From positions 1 through 38,889 of the IMG/VR virus record IMGVR_UViG_3300027921_000029: a stretch of 38,889 bases of DNA; one strand, 5' to 3'. How positions within the stretch are numbered: position 1 is the stretch's first letter; every line of letters begins with the position of its first letter. Below the pieces are notes generated by a model. It saw only the letters and a list, made by a program, of their open reading frames with translations. It had not been told where the DNA came from and did no database searches. The DNA is from a virus. Its lineage: Duplodnaviria > Caudoviricetes. A program made the translations under genes and the position numbers. Shown here one piece after another: positions 26,131 to 35,289 of this stretch.

Positions 26131-26190
26131 GTTGGGTTAGGCGCCGTAACCCAACAAACGCCACGACTCAGGCGAGACGCCTGTGCTACA
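26127..26190. repeat. Two GTAG-family REPs in inverted arrangement
   Basis: GTAGGTTGGGTTAGGCGCCGTAACCCAAC and CAGGCGAGACGCCTGTGCTACA. Confidence 0.7.
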
Positions 26191-26238
26191 GCGGGAAACG
26201 TTTCCCGCCTGAGCCAGGCTAGAGCGGTTAGATAAGCT
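26190..26238 (+). promoter_or_regulatory. Late promoter for the tape measure/baseplate genes
   Basis: AGCGGGAAACGTTTCCCGCC (26190-26209), 23 nt, TAAGCT. Confidence 0.75.
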
Positions 26239-26268
26239 CCAGATACCCCCCGGTACTGGAGCTTTTTT
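26234..26268 (+). terminator. Hairpin plus T-run overlapping the -10 and the tape measure RBS
   Basis: AAGCTCCAG…CTGGAGCTT followed by TTTT. Confidence 0.6.
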
Positions 26269-26269
26269 A

Positions 26270-28315
26270 ATGTCTAACTCGGCCGTGAACGTCGAAGTCC
26301 GCCTGAAGATGCAGGACGCCGGCGTCGATGCTGGCCTCAAGGCCGTGCAGGGTGCCGCCGAGAAAGCGGCCACCGCCAGCGTTGCGGCAACCGAGAAAGC
26401 GGCGACCGCGATGGAGCGTGCCGCCGAGAAGGCGGCCGCTGATGCGGAACGATCCGCCGCCCGCCAGCGCACCAGCTATGAGCGGCTATCCCATGCTCGC
26501 GAGGCATTGGGGATGCGCTCCGAGCAGACCATCCAGCGTGAGATCGACAAGACGGTGGCGGCGTACAACCGATTGAGCGACTCCGGCACGCTGTCATTCA
26601 AGGAACAGACCCGCGCCGCCGAGGCGATGCGCAGCAAGGTGGAGCAGCTCACCAACGAGATGGGCAAGCTGACCACCCAGCAGAAGGTCATGGCGGGCAT
26701 CAAGACCGCCGCCGCGATCGGCGCCGGCATCACCGCCGCCGGGTATGTGTTGAGAGACCCGGCCAAGGCGGCGATGGGCTACGACGAGCGGCTGGCGGAC
26801 ATGGCCAATACGGCCTTCGCCGAACGCGATGTGAAGGGCCGTAAGGTCGGGATGGCGCAGCTTGAAGCCGCAGTCAATAAATCAGTCGGTAAGGGCGGCG
26901 GCGGTACCCGCGAGCAAGCCGCCGAGGCGCTTGATACGCTGATTGCCTCGGGTGTGGTGGGTAGTAATGACGCGATGACCATGCTGCCTGGGCTAATGAA
27001 GGCCAGCGCCGCATCGGGTACAGATGCACTCGCCTTATCGCAGATCGGCATCCGTGCCATGCAGACCTTCAAAATCGGCGCGGCCGATATGCCTAACGTG
27101 CTCAACATGGCTCTTGCGGCGGGACAGGCGGGCGGTTTCGAGCTGAAGGATATGGCGCGCTGGTTGCCGCAGCAGATGGCGGCGGCCACCTTGTCGGGCA
27201 TGTCCGGACGCGCCGGCTTCGCCAAGTTGGCGGCGCTCAACCAGGCCGCCGCGACCACGGCAGGCAGCAAAGAGGAGGCTGGAAACAACGTCGTCAACTT
27301 GCTGGCGAAAATCAACGCTGAATCAACCGCTATCGATGCCAAAAAGCAGGGCGTCGACTTGCCCAAGTACCTCGCGCAGCAGCGCGCCAAGGGCGTGGAT
27401 GCCGTCGATGCGTTCGGCGCCCTGGTCGGCCAGACCGTCTCCAAACGCGCTGACTATCAGGCCCTGCAAAAGCAGTTGGCTGGATCTCGATCTGGTGACG
27501 AAAAGCGTGCCGCGCTGGAGAGCATGGCCACCATCGCCCAGGGCGCGGGGATCGGCCAACTGATCCAGGATCGCCAGGCCATGATGGCGTTGCTCGGGAT
27601 GATGAATAACCGGGACTACATGCGGGATGTGCTGGCTAAGGTCAAGGCCAACGATGTGGCCAGCGGCGGCGCGGTGGACCGGAACTATGAGCTGGTGAGC
27701 GGCGTCAGCGGCTTCAAGGTACGCCAAGCGCAGCAGCAAAAGGACATCGCGCAAAAAGCGGCGATGGACAACTTGACCCCGGCCATTGGCAAGGCCGCCG
27801 ACATCTTCAGCGACCTGGCGCAGAAATACCCGGCCCTGGCCACGGCCACCGTGGCCGCGACCACCGCGCTCGCGGCGCTGGCCGCTACAGCTGGTGCATC
27901 CGCGTTAATGAATGGCGGCAAGCTGCCGAAGGGGGTTACGGGCGCCATAGACAGGGCCGGCCGTTTGGCGAAGAGCCCAGCCGCCGGAAAGGCGCTACGG
28001 TTGGGTGGCAAGGTCCTGGCGCCGGTTGCGGCGGCTGGAGCAGGGTGGGAGATCGGCACGTCGATTGCCAAGGCGACAGACTCTGGCGGTCACCTGTGGG
28101 AGTGGTTCAACGGCGACAAAATGCGAGCCCAAAAACAAGCGGAAGTCGAACTTGCCAAGCTGCGCGCGGCGAACCACCCCGCGCCACGGATGCAGGCCGA
28201 TGTGACTGTATCCGTCACCGATGATCGCGTGCATGTCACTCGGGCGCGCCTGGCGACCAAGGGCGTCGATGCGACGATGAACACCGGCAACGTGCACACT
28301 GGGGCGCCGCGATGA
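26270..28315 (+). CDS. Tail tape measure protein
   Basis: Ala-rich helical protein, AGQAGGFELKDMARWLP core; synteny. Confidence 0.92.
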   Translation: MSNSAVNVEVRLKMQDAGVDAGLKAVQGAAEKAATASVAATEKAATAMERAAEKAAADAERSAARQRTSYERLSHAREALGMRSEQTIQREIDKTVAAYNRLSDSGTLSFKEQTRAAEAMRSKVEQLTNEMGKLTTQQKVMAGIKTAAAIGAGITAAGYVLRDPAKAAMGYDERLADMANTAFAERDVKGRKVGMAQLEAAVNKSVGKGGGGTREQAAEALDTLIASGVVGSNDAMTMLPGLMKASAASGTDALALSQIGIRAMQTFKIGAADMPNVLNMALAAGQAGGFELKDMARWLPQQMAAATLSGMSGRAGFAKLAALNQAAATTAGSKEEAGNNVVNLLAKINAESTAIDAKKQGVDLPKYLAQQRAKGVDAVDAFGALVGQTVSKRADYQALQKQLAGSRSGDEKRAALESMATIAQGAGIGQLIQDRQAMMALLGMMNNRDYMRDVLAKVKANDVASGGAVDRNYELVSGVSGFKVRQAQQQKDIAQKAAMDNLTPAIGKAADIFSDLAQKYPALATATVAATTALAALAATAGASALMNGGKLPKGVTGAIDRAGRLAKSPAAGKALRLGGKVLAPVAAAGAGWEIGTSIAKATDSGGHLWEWFNGDKMRAQKQAEVELAKLRAANHPAPRMQADVTVSVTDDRVHVTRARLATKGVDATMNTGNVHTGAPR

Positions 28316-29505
28316 GCTGGGCAGATCGCCAGGCCCGCGCCTCGTTCCGGGGCTTCGAGTTCCTGACCGACTCGCATGAGACGTCAGGCGGCCGCCGCCT
28401 GGTGGTGCATGAGTTCCCTGGCGCCGAGGCGCCGTTGGTCGAAGACCTGGGCGGCAAGTCTCCCGGCTACAAGCTCAACGCCTATTTCATCGGCCCCGAC
28501 TATGACCTGGAGCGCAACCTGTTCCTGGACAAGCTGGCCACCCCCGGCGCCGACTGGCTGCTGCACCCCTGGCTGGGCCTGGTGTGGGTGCAGGCGCATT
28601 CCTGGTCTGTCCATGAGAGCAACGATAAGGGCGGGTTCTGCACGATCTCGCTGGAGTTCGTGCCCGGCAGTACCCTGGTGGTGCGGAGTTCCGGCGTAGC
28701 ACGGGATTTCTCAGAAAACTTCGGCTGGAGCTGGAGCAAGGAAGACGTGGCGGCCGCGTCCATCCGCAAGGCGGCAGATGAGGCTGTCGAGAAGTTCGCG
28801 CTCCGGCCCATGAGCGCGACCGCGATGACGGAATTCCTGGCCAAGGTGCACGCCAGGCTGGAAGGGCTGCGCACCGTGATCGCGATGGCCACCCTGCCGT
28901 TGACCTGGGCGGGCCAGGTGCAGGGGTTGATCGCGGGCGTGAAGGGCGACCTCGCCGCGCTGATGGCCATCCCCGGCCAGTATGCCGCCGCGCTGCGCGG
29001 GCTGGCTGATGCGCTGGGGTTGGATGCGGACAACGATGATTTCCCGGACACCGCGCGCCCCCGTGTGGTGGCCCGCCTGGCCAGTGAGGTGGTGGCGGCC
29101 GTCAAGAGCGTTGCCAGCACCAGCACAGACCCGGCAGTGCGCAGCAATGCTGCGGCGGAAGCCAGCCTGCGCGGCATGCTGCTGGCCAGCGCCGCCGCTG
29201 GCGCCGCACTGGCGGACTACCAGGCCGAGGGCGACCGCGACGCGGCGCTGGCCAGCGTGGTGTCGGCGCTCGACGCGCTGCTACCGGGGCTGCCCGATCC
29301 GCTGTTCCAGGCCGCCGCGACGATGCGCGCGGACCTGATAGATGCGCTGCTGGCGCAAGACCTTCAGCCCGCCATTACTCGCGACATCGCCGGCCCGCTG
29401 CCCGCCACCCTGCTGGCGCATCGCCTGGGCGTCGATGAGGCTGTGTTCTTGGCGCGCAACCAGGTGCGCCACCCGCTGTTCGTGCAGGGGCGGGTCTATG
29501 GTTGA
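28312..29505 (+). CDS. DNA circularization protein (Mu gpN-like)
   Basis: ASFRGFEF…GGRRLVVHEFP…VEDLG…LLHPWLG…VRHPLFV. Confidence 0.9.
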   Translation: MSWADRQARASFRGFEFLTDSHETSGGRRLVVHEFPGAEAPLVEDLGGKSPGYKLNAYFIGPDYDLERNLFLDKLATPGADWLLHPWLGLVWVQAHSWSVHESNDKGGFCTISLEFVPGSTLVVRSSGVARDFSENFGWSWSKEDVAAASIRKAADEAVEKFALRPMSATAMTEFLAKVHARLEGLRTVIAMATLPLTWAGQVQGLIAGVKGDLAALMAIPGQYAAALRGLADALGLDADNDDFPDTARPRVVARLASEVVAAVKSVASTSTDPAVRSNAAAEASLRGMLLASAAAGAALADYQAEGDRDAALASVVSALDALLPGLPDPLFQAAATMRADLIDALLAQDLQPAITRDIAGPLPATLLAHRLGVDEAVFLARNQVRHPLFVQGRVYG

Positions 29506-30499
29506 GCTGCTATTCAATGGCCGGCGCTATGGCTTCTGGCAAAAGGTCGAGATACGGGAATCGGTGGATGATCTGTGTGCCGGGGTACGCCTGGCCATTA
29601 CCCGGCCCGGCACCGGGGATGCACTGGGCCTGACGCCCAACACGGTGGTGCAAGTGCTGGTCGATGGGATGCTGGTATCGACGGTGCGGCCGGACAGCAT
29701 TCATCGCCAGGTGGATGCGAACAGCCACACGATCAGCATCGATGCCCGGTCGCTCGGGCGTGAGCTGGTCGATTGCCAGATTTCCACAACGCTGAAAGGC
29801 CTGCGTTTGGGCGAAATTGTGAGGCGGCTTTGTGAGCGCTTTGAAGTGCCTGTGAAGCTGGCTTCGCAAACCGCCGTGGTGCCTGAATTCAGCATGCAAT
29901 GCGAGTTGCCGGCGAATGCGTTGATCAACGCGGCGCGGGCGGCCGATCTGCTGCTCTACCCGCTACCGGACGGCGGCCTGATCCTCACCAGCCCGACCAG
30001 CGCGGCACCCGTGGCCACGCTGGAATATGGGGTGAACCTCAAGCGCTATGGGGTGGTGGATGAATTCAAGTTGCGCTTCTCGGAGTACGTGGTGAAGGGC
30101 TACGACCATGAGGCGAACGCGGCGCTAAAGGGGTTCGCCGGGGACGCCGGGATCAACTTCTTCCGGCCCATGCACATCGTGGCCGACCGGCACGGCCAGG
30201 GGGTGGGCGGCTGCGGCCGCCGCGCCCTGATGGAGCGCAATCGCCGGCTGGCGCGGGCGCATCGGCTTGACCTCGAAGTGCAGGGCTGGAGCCACGCTTC
30301 CGGACTGTGGGCGATCAATACCCAGGTGCGAGTGATCATTCCGCAGGAGGGCATCGATGGGGTGTTTCTGATCGGTGAACGCGCCTTCTCCCTGGATGAC
30401 CAGGGCGGCAGCGTCACCCATCTTCAAGTGATGCACCGTGACGCGTTCATCGGGATCGAGAAGAAGCAAACCAAGCGCGGCGCGGGGGTGAAGAAATGA
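29498..30499 (+). CDS. Baseplate hub protein (Mu gpP/gp44-like)
   Basis: ELVDC, RFSEYVVKG, VQGW…LWAINTQV motifs. Confidence 0.88.
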   Translation: MVELLFNGRRYGFWQKVEIRESVDDLCAGVRLAITRPGTGDALGLTPNTVVQVLVDGMLVSTVRPDSIHRQVDANSHTISIDARSLGRELVDCQISTTLKGLRLGEIVRRLCERFEVPVKLASQTAVVPEFSMQCELPANALINAARAADLLLYPLPDGGLILTSPTSAAPVATLEYGVNLKRYGVVDEFKLRFSEYVVKGYDHEANAALKGFAGDAGINFFRPMHIVADRHGQGVGGCGRRALMERNRRLARAHRLDLEVQGWSHASGLWAINTQVRVIIPQEGIDGVFLIGERAFSLDDQGGSVTHLQVMHRDAFIGIEKKQTKRGAGVKK

Positions 30500-31011
30500 T
30501 GGCTCAGGTGTGGGCGCGGCTACAGCTCCTGTTCGCGCACGGCCGGGGCCTGCTGATCGGCCCGGACAAGGTGCAGGCGCAGGTACTGGACGATGAGACG
30601 CTGGATAACATCGCCCGAGTTGAGCCCTACGGCTTCAGCTACCGGCCGCATCCCGGCTGCGAGACCTACCTGCTGTTCCCGGCCGGTGACCGCTCCTATG
30701 GCGTGGCCCTAATCATCGGCGACCGGCGCTATCAGATGGATCTGGTGGAGGGCGAGGTGGCGCTGCATGACGATGAGGGCAATCACGTCCACCTCAAGCG
30801 CGGCGGCATCATTGAAGTGAAGGCCAGCACCAAGGTGCTGGCGGATACGCCGCTGTTCGAGGTGACAGGTAACGCGAAGATCGGCGGCACCCTGACGGTG
30901 TTGGGCGGCGCCATGGTCACAGGCGTGTACGAGGTCAACGGCAAGAACGTGAGCGATAGCCACACCCACACCAGTAATGCGCAGGGCGCGCCGACCTCGG
31001 GAGTCAATTGA
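30496..31011 (+). CDS. Baseplate spike (Mu gp45-like)
   Basis: EPYGFSYRP, DRRY…GEVALHD, C-terminal HTH(T) metal-binding motif. Confidence 0.9.
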   Translation: MMAQVWARLQLLFAHGRGLLIGPDKVQAQVLDDETLDNIARVEPYGFSYRPHPGCETYLLFPAGDRSYGVALIIGDRRYQMDLVEGEVALHDDEGNHVHLKRGGIIEVKASTKVLADTPLFEVTGNAKIGGTLTVLGGAMVTGVYEVNGKNVSDSHTHTSNAQGAPTSGVN

Positions 31012-31012
31012 T

Positions 31013-31420
31013 ATGCTGAAACTGGTGCAGGTGGATAACGGCGTGTTCGATTTGATGTTTGACGACCCCACCATGAACGATGCCGATGCCGATGCCGCCG
31101 TGGCCACGCTGGTATACGCGGTGTTATTCACTGATGCCGAGGCGCCGGACGCCCGTGTGGCGGACAGCTACGAGCGCCGGGGCTGGTGGGCCAATCCCCA
31201 GGCGGGGAGTGGCCTCTGGCATGTGCGACGCCAGCCCCTCGGCAGCGCCGCCCGGCGTGAGGCGCTGGACTTGGTGCGCACCGCGTTGCAGTCGCATGCG
31301 CCGGGTCTCACTGGCATAGAAGTATCGGACGTCACCCCGCCGGGAAACGTTTCCAGCGTGATGCTGGCCCTCGCCGGTCTGCACAATGGCCGCCAATTCG
31401 CCATCCGCATACCCCTGTGA
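31013..31420 (+). CDS. Baseplate protein (Mu gp46-like)
   Basis: LFTDAEA…RRGWW…GSGLW. Confidence 0.85.
   Translation: MLKLVQVDNGVFDLMFDDPTMNDADADAAVATLVYAVLFTDAEAPDARVADSYERRGWWANPQAGSGLWHVRRQPLGSAARREALDLVRTALQSHAPGLTGIEVSDVTPPGNVSSVMLALAGLHNGRQFAIRIPL
31339..31387 (+). promoter_or_regulatory. Putative internal late promoter inside the gp46-like gene
   Basis: GCCGGGAAACGTTTCCAGCG (31339-31358), 23 nt, CACAAT. Confidence 0.55.
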
Positions 31421-32463
31421 CCGCCTACGCCCGCCCCACCTACGAGGATCTGAAGACGCGCATCGATGCCGATCTGGCCGATATGCCCGCCGTCCTGCGC
31501 GGGCCGCTGTCGGCGGCCTGGGCGCGCGCCTGCCATAGCCAGCACGGCTATCTGGAGTGGATCGACGCGCAATGCTCGCCGCTGACCTGCGAGCTTGAGC
31601 GGCTCTACGACTGGGCCGCCCTGTATGGCGTGGATAGGCTACTGGCCACCGCCGCCATCGGCTCAGCTCTGGCCACCGGGACGCTCGGCACTCAACTATT
31701 GGCCGGCACCCTATTACGCGGCCAGAACGGCCTGGATTACACGGTACTGGCCGCCGTGGTGCTGGGCGCCGGCTCCACCCCCGTTACCGTCCGCTGCACC
31801 GCCACGGGCAGCGCCGGAAACCAAGCCGCAGGCCTCACTCTCGCCCTGGTCGATCCAGTCCCGGGTTGTGCCGGAACGCTGACCATTTCCGCCCCTGGCC
31901 TCACCGGCGGTGCCGAAGAGGAATCGCTGGAAGACTGGCGCGCCCGCGTGGCCGACGAGTGGCGCACCGTCGTCACACGCGGCGCCCGATCTGGCAAGCC
32001 GGATGATTACCGCTACTGGGCGCGGACTGCCCACCCCTCAATCACCACAGCCCTGATCCAGATGCACACCCTGGGCATCGGCACAGTGGTGGTGCGCCCG
32101 ATCTGCGATGGCCTGGCCAGCCGCCTGCCTACCCAGGCCGTGCTGGATGCGGTGGCCGCCTATCTGCTGGCCACCGCGCCGGCTAACGCCGACTGGCGGG
32201 TGGTGGCCCCCCTGGTGCGACCCGTGGCGGTGTCGCTCCATCTGCTGCCGGGCTACGACACAGCCGGCAATCGCGCCGCCATTACCGGCGCCATCGCCAC
32301 GGCCGTGCTGGCAGAGACCAGCGAGACCGCGCTGCTCGCGATGGCCGAGATTGACGCGGCCATCGCTACCGTCACCAGCCAATACACCCGGATCGCGCCG
32401 ACCGCCGACGTCGCCGTCGCGCCCGGCGAAGTCTTGGTGTTGTCTCCCATCGTCTGGTCATGA
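31417..32463 (+). CDS. Baseplate J-like protein (Mu gp47)
   Basis: HGYLEWI, GGAEEESLEDWRARV, DYRYWA motifs. Confidence 0.9.
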   Translation: MTAYARPTYEDLKTRIDADLADMPAVLRGPLSAAWARACHSQHGYLEWIDAQCSPLTCELERLYDWAALYGVDRLLATAAIGSALATGTLGTQLLAGTLLRGQNGLDYTVLAAVVLGAGSTPVTVRCTATGSAGNQAAGLTLALVDPVPGCAGTLTISAPGLTGGAEEESLEDWRARVADEWRTVVTRGARSGKPDDYRYWARTAHPSITTALIQMHTLGIGTVVVRPICDGLASRLPTQAVLDAVAAYLLATAPANADWRVVAPLVRPVAVSLHLLPGYDTAGNRAAITGAIATAVLAETSETALLAMAEIDAAIATVTSQYTRIAPTADVAVAPGEVLVLSPIVWS

Positions 32464-33032
32464 TCCTCACCACCCACGCGCCCCGCGACCACGCCGACGC
32501 CTTCAAGGCCCTGCTGCCACCCGGCGCCGCCTGGGATTGGCCGGCGGGCGGCCTGGGCGATGCCCTGCTGCTGGGCACCGCCCAGGAACCGGCCCGCGTC
32601 GAGGCCGCCACGCCGGGCGTGCTGGATACAGCCATCGACACACACCGGCCGGCCACCATGAGCTGGCACATCGACGCCTATCGCCGCGTGGCGGCCGAGT
32701 CGCTGGGCTACCTGGCAGAGGCCATGCCGCGCCGCATGTTCGGCGTCGGCAGCCATGTCGGACAGCGCCTGTGGAGCCACGCCGCGCCGGGCTTGACCTT
32801 CCCCGTCGACCTGGTGCTGGTGGATCACCTGCTGGGGCCGTTCCGCGTAGGCAGTCATGTTGGCGAGAGTCTCTGGAGCACGCGCAGCCGCTACGTGATG
32901 CGCGTGCGCTATTACCGATCCGTGGTCGATCCGGCGCCCCTGTGGGAGGCGCTGGACGCCTTCAAGCAAGCACACGTTTTTCTGTGGTTCGAAGACATTA
33001 CTGGAGTGGGTGGACGCTATGCACCGAATTGA
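32460..33032 (+). CDS. Baseplate/tail protein (Mu gp48-like)
   Basis: ALLPPGAAW…FKQAHV; synteny. Confidence 0.8.
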   Translation: MILTTHAPRDHADAFKALLPPGAAWDWPAGGLGDALLLGTAQEPARVEAATPGVLDTAIDTHRPATMSWHIDAYRRVAAESLGYLAEAMPRRMFGVGSHVGQRLWSHAAPGLTFPVDLVLVDHLLGPFRVGSHVGESLWSTRSRYVMRVRYYRSVVDPAPLWEALDAFKQAHVFLWFEDITGVGGRYAPN

Positions 33033-34026
33033 TGGAGCCGGCAACGTCGGCGGCATGTATGTGGGAGAGGACGCGGCGACCAACCGGCCTCCTACCGAGG
33101 TGACTCCTGAGCACCTGAACGCGATGCAGGAGGAATTGTCGGGGCTGGTGGAGTGGGCGGGACTGGCGCTGAACAAGGGGGACAACACTCAGGTCAGGCA
33201 GGCGTTGCTGGAGAAGTTCGCCGGGCTGGATGCCGGCGCCACCAAGGCTGGCGTGCAGGCCCAAATCTATACCGCCTTCACCACGGGCGGGGCTTCGGGC
33301 GCTTTCACGCTCACCCCCAATCCGGCCATCACCGCCTACGCCGCCGGCCAGCGCTTCCGGGCCAAGTTCCATGCCGCCGGCACCGGGACCGATACGGTCA
33401 ACGTTTCCGGGCTGGGCGCCAAGAGCGTCAAGCAATATGACAGCTCAGGCAGCAAGGCGGCGGCTGTCATCGCGGCCGGGCAACTGGTTGATGCCGAGTA
33501 CGACGGCGTGGACATGGTGCTGCTGGACCCGCTGCCGCCTGCGCTGCCATCGCCATTCCCGCCCGGCGCTGTGATTCATGTCGCCCAGTCGACCGCGCCG
33601 TCCGGGTTCCTTAAGGCCAACGGTGCGCTCGTGTCTCGCACAGCCTATGCGGCCCTGTTTTCGGCTATCGGAACCACATTCGGGGTGGGCGACGGCGGCA
33701 CCACGTTCACCCTGCCCGACCTGCGCGGCGAGTTTATCCGGGGGTGGGATGATGGGCGCGGGGTGGATGCTGGGAGAAATCTTGGTACGGCTCAGAGTTC
33801 GTCCGCCATCGCCAATTACGTTCACTCAGAATCATCTTCAGCAGGTGCGTTCGCAGCAATTGCTGTCGGCATAGTAAATCCTGATGTCAACGGCCCGTTG
33901 CTCACCTGGATCAACGCGAATTACTTCATGGGGGCCGGAAGCGCCACCAGCGGTGGGACCGCTTACGCGGGCACACAAACGCTGCGCCCGCGTAACATCG
34001 CCCTGCTCGCCTGCATCAAATACTGA
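33019..34026 (+). CDS. Tail fibre protein with collar domain
   Basis: MHRIDG…LNAMQEEL; collar motif PSGFLKANGA…LPDLRGEFIRGWDDGRGVD…RPRNIALLACIKY. Confidence 0.92.
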   Translation: MHRIDGAGNVGGMYVGEDAATNRPPTEVTPEHLNAMQEELSGLVEWAGLALNKGDNTQVRQALLEKFAGLDAGATKAGVQAQIYTAFTTGGASGAFTLTPNPAITAYAAGQRFRAKFHAAGTGTDTVNVSGLGAKSVKQYDSSGSKAAAVIAAGQLVDAEYDGVDMVLLDPLPPALPSPFPPGAVIHVAQSTAPSGFLKANGALVSRTAYAALFSAIGTTFGVGDGGTTFTLPDLRGEFIRGWDDGRGVDAGRNLGTAQSSSAIANYVHSESSSAGAFAAIAVGIVNPDVNGPLLTWINANYFMGAGSATSGGTAYAGTQTLRPRNIALLACIKY

Positions 34027-34038
34027 CCGGAGACGACC

Positions 34039-34566
34039 ATGCAAATCCACCACTACCACCCCGATACCGGCCTGCTGCTGGGCACCTCGCAAGCCGATGA
34101 ATCACCGCTGGAGCCTGGCGTGCATCTGATCCAAGCCCATGCCACTGCATCGCCCCCGCCAGCGTTCGGTGCGGGCGAACGGGTCCTGTGGGATGGGGCT
34201 GCCTGGCGCGTCGAGGCTGTCCCCGTGACGCCCGCGCCACCGCCCCCCACCCTGGCCGAGAGCCAGGCATCGGCTGTGATGCGGATCAAAGCCAAAGCGG
34301 GCGAGGTCATCCTGGCGCGGCTACCAGGCTGGAAACAGGCCAACCTCACAGCGCGAGCGATGGAGCTACTCGTTGGCGGGGCGACAGCGTCGCCAGAATT
34401 TGCTGGTATTCAGTCGCAATGGACATGGGTCAAGTCTGTCCGTTGGGAGAGCGACCAAGGCGAGGCCGCAGTGCTCGTTGTACTGGATGATGCAGGAGTG
34501 GCTGCCGCGCTGGAGAGCGCGCTGATCGCGATTGATCTGGTGGCAAAAGACGCCGACGTTGCATGA
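34039..34566 (+). CDS. Tail fibre assembly protein
   Basis: YHPDTG…ADESPLEPGVHLI.AHAT..PP motif; follows the fibre. Confidence 0.8.
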   Translation: MQIHHYHPDTGLLLGTSQADESPLEPGVHLIQAHATASPPPAFGAGERVLWDGAAWRVEAVPVTPAPPPPTLAESQASAVMRIKAKAGEVILARLPGWKQANLTARAMELLVGGATASPEFAGIQSQWTWVKSVRWESDQGEAAVLVVLDDAGVAAALESALIAIDLVAKDADVA

Positions 34567-34925
34567 GCACCTTCACCACCCCCGCCGATCTTCGGATGCT
34601 CGAAAGCTATCGCTGGCAGGTGTTGGTAGCGTTCGAGTACCACGTTGGCGGCTACCCTAGCGCCACAGTGATCAGTGTCCCGGCGGGGACAGTTACGGAC
34701 CTGGCCAGCGCGCCGAGATTGTTGTGGGCGATCTTTCCGCCGCATGGACGCTGGGCCAAGGCCGCCATCATCCATGACTATCTCTACGATCAGGCGATCG
34801 GCCGCAAGGCCGATGCCGACCGGACGTTTCTGGAGGCCATGACGGTCCTGGGGGTGTCCAGATTTACCCGCACTGCTATGTATTGGGCCGTGCGGCTATT
34901 CGGGCGGGGAAACTACAGGCATTGA
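34563..34925 (+). CDS. DUF1353-like protein
   Basis: VPAGTVTDLASAPR…AAIIHDYLY…AD..FLEAM…AVRLFG. Confidence 0.85.
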   Translation: MSTFTTPADLRMLESYRWQVLVAFEYHVGGYPSATVISVPAGTVTDLASAPRLLWAIFPPHGRWAKAAIIHDYLYDQAIGRKADADRTFLEAMTVLGVSRFTRTAMYWAVRLFGRGNYRH

Positions 34926-34930
34926 GACGG

Positions 34931-35024
34931 TGCGACCGTGACGGGTGGTGGAACACCCTTCGCGGCCACCTCTGGCAGATGGAACCTGCGTTTAGCCAAG
35001 GCACCGTGCTGTGCACACAGCGGG
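34931..35024 (+). promoter_or_regulatory. Structured leader upstream of com
   Basis: Hairpins CCGTGA-C-GGGTG/CACCC-T-TCGCGG, GCAG/CTGC and CTGTG/CACAG. Confidence 0.45.
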
Positions 35025-35052
35025 CCGGAAGCTATCACGTGAAAACATAAAA

Positions 35053-35289
35053 ATGGAAACGGTTCGTTGTGGTTCATGCGGCAAAAAACTGGCGGAAGCG
35101 GAATTCATCCGCCTGTCCATCAAGTGCCCCCGCTGTGGGGTGATCAACCAGGTGAAGGCCATTGAGCCTCCAATCAGCGTGCCGAGAGCACCGCATCAGG
35201 AGGTTGTACATGGCAAACCCCATCATCCCGTGGATCGGCGGCAAACGCCGCCTGGCCAAACGGATACTCCCGCTCTTTCCCGCCCATGA
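35053..35289 (+). CDS. com: Com-family zinc-finger regulator
   Basis: RCGSCGKKLA…IKCPRCGVIN; terminal position overlapping the DNA modification gene. Confidence 0.8.
   Translation: METVRCGSCGKKLAEAEFIRLSIKCPRCGVINQVKAIEPPISVPRAPHQEVVHGKPHHPVDRRQTPPGQTDTPALSRP

Noticed and set aside
33780-33980. Lower-GC variable segment in the tail fibre as a DGR target or invertible region
   Set aside because: No reverse transcriptase, template repeat or invertase seen; ordinary fibre variability.
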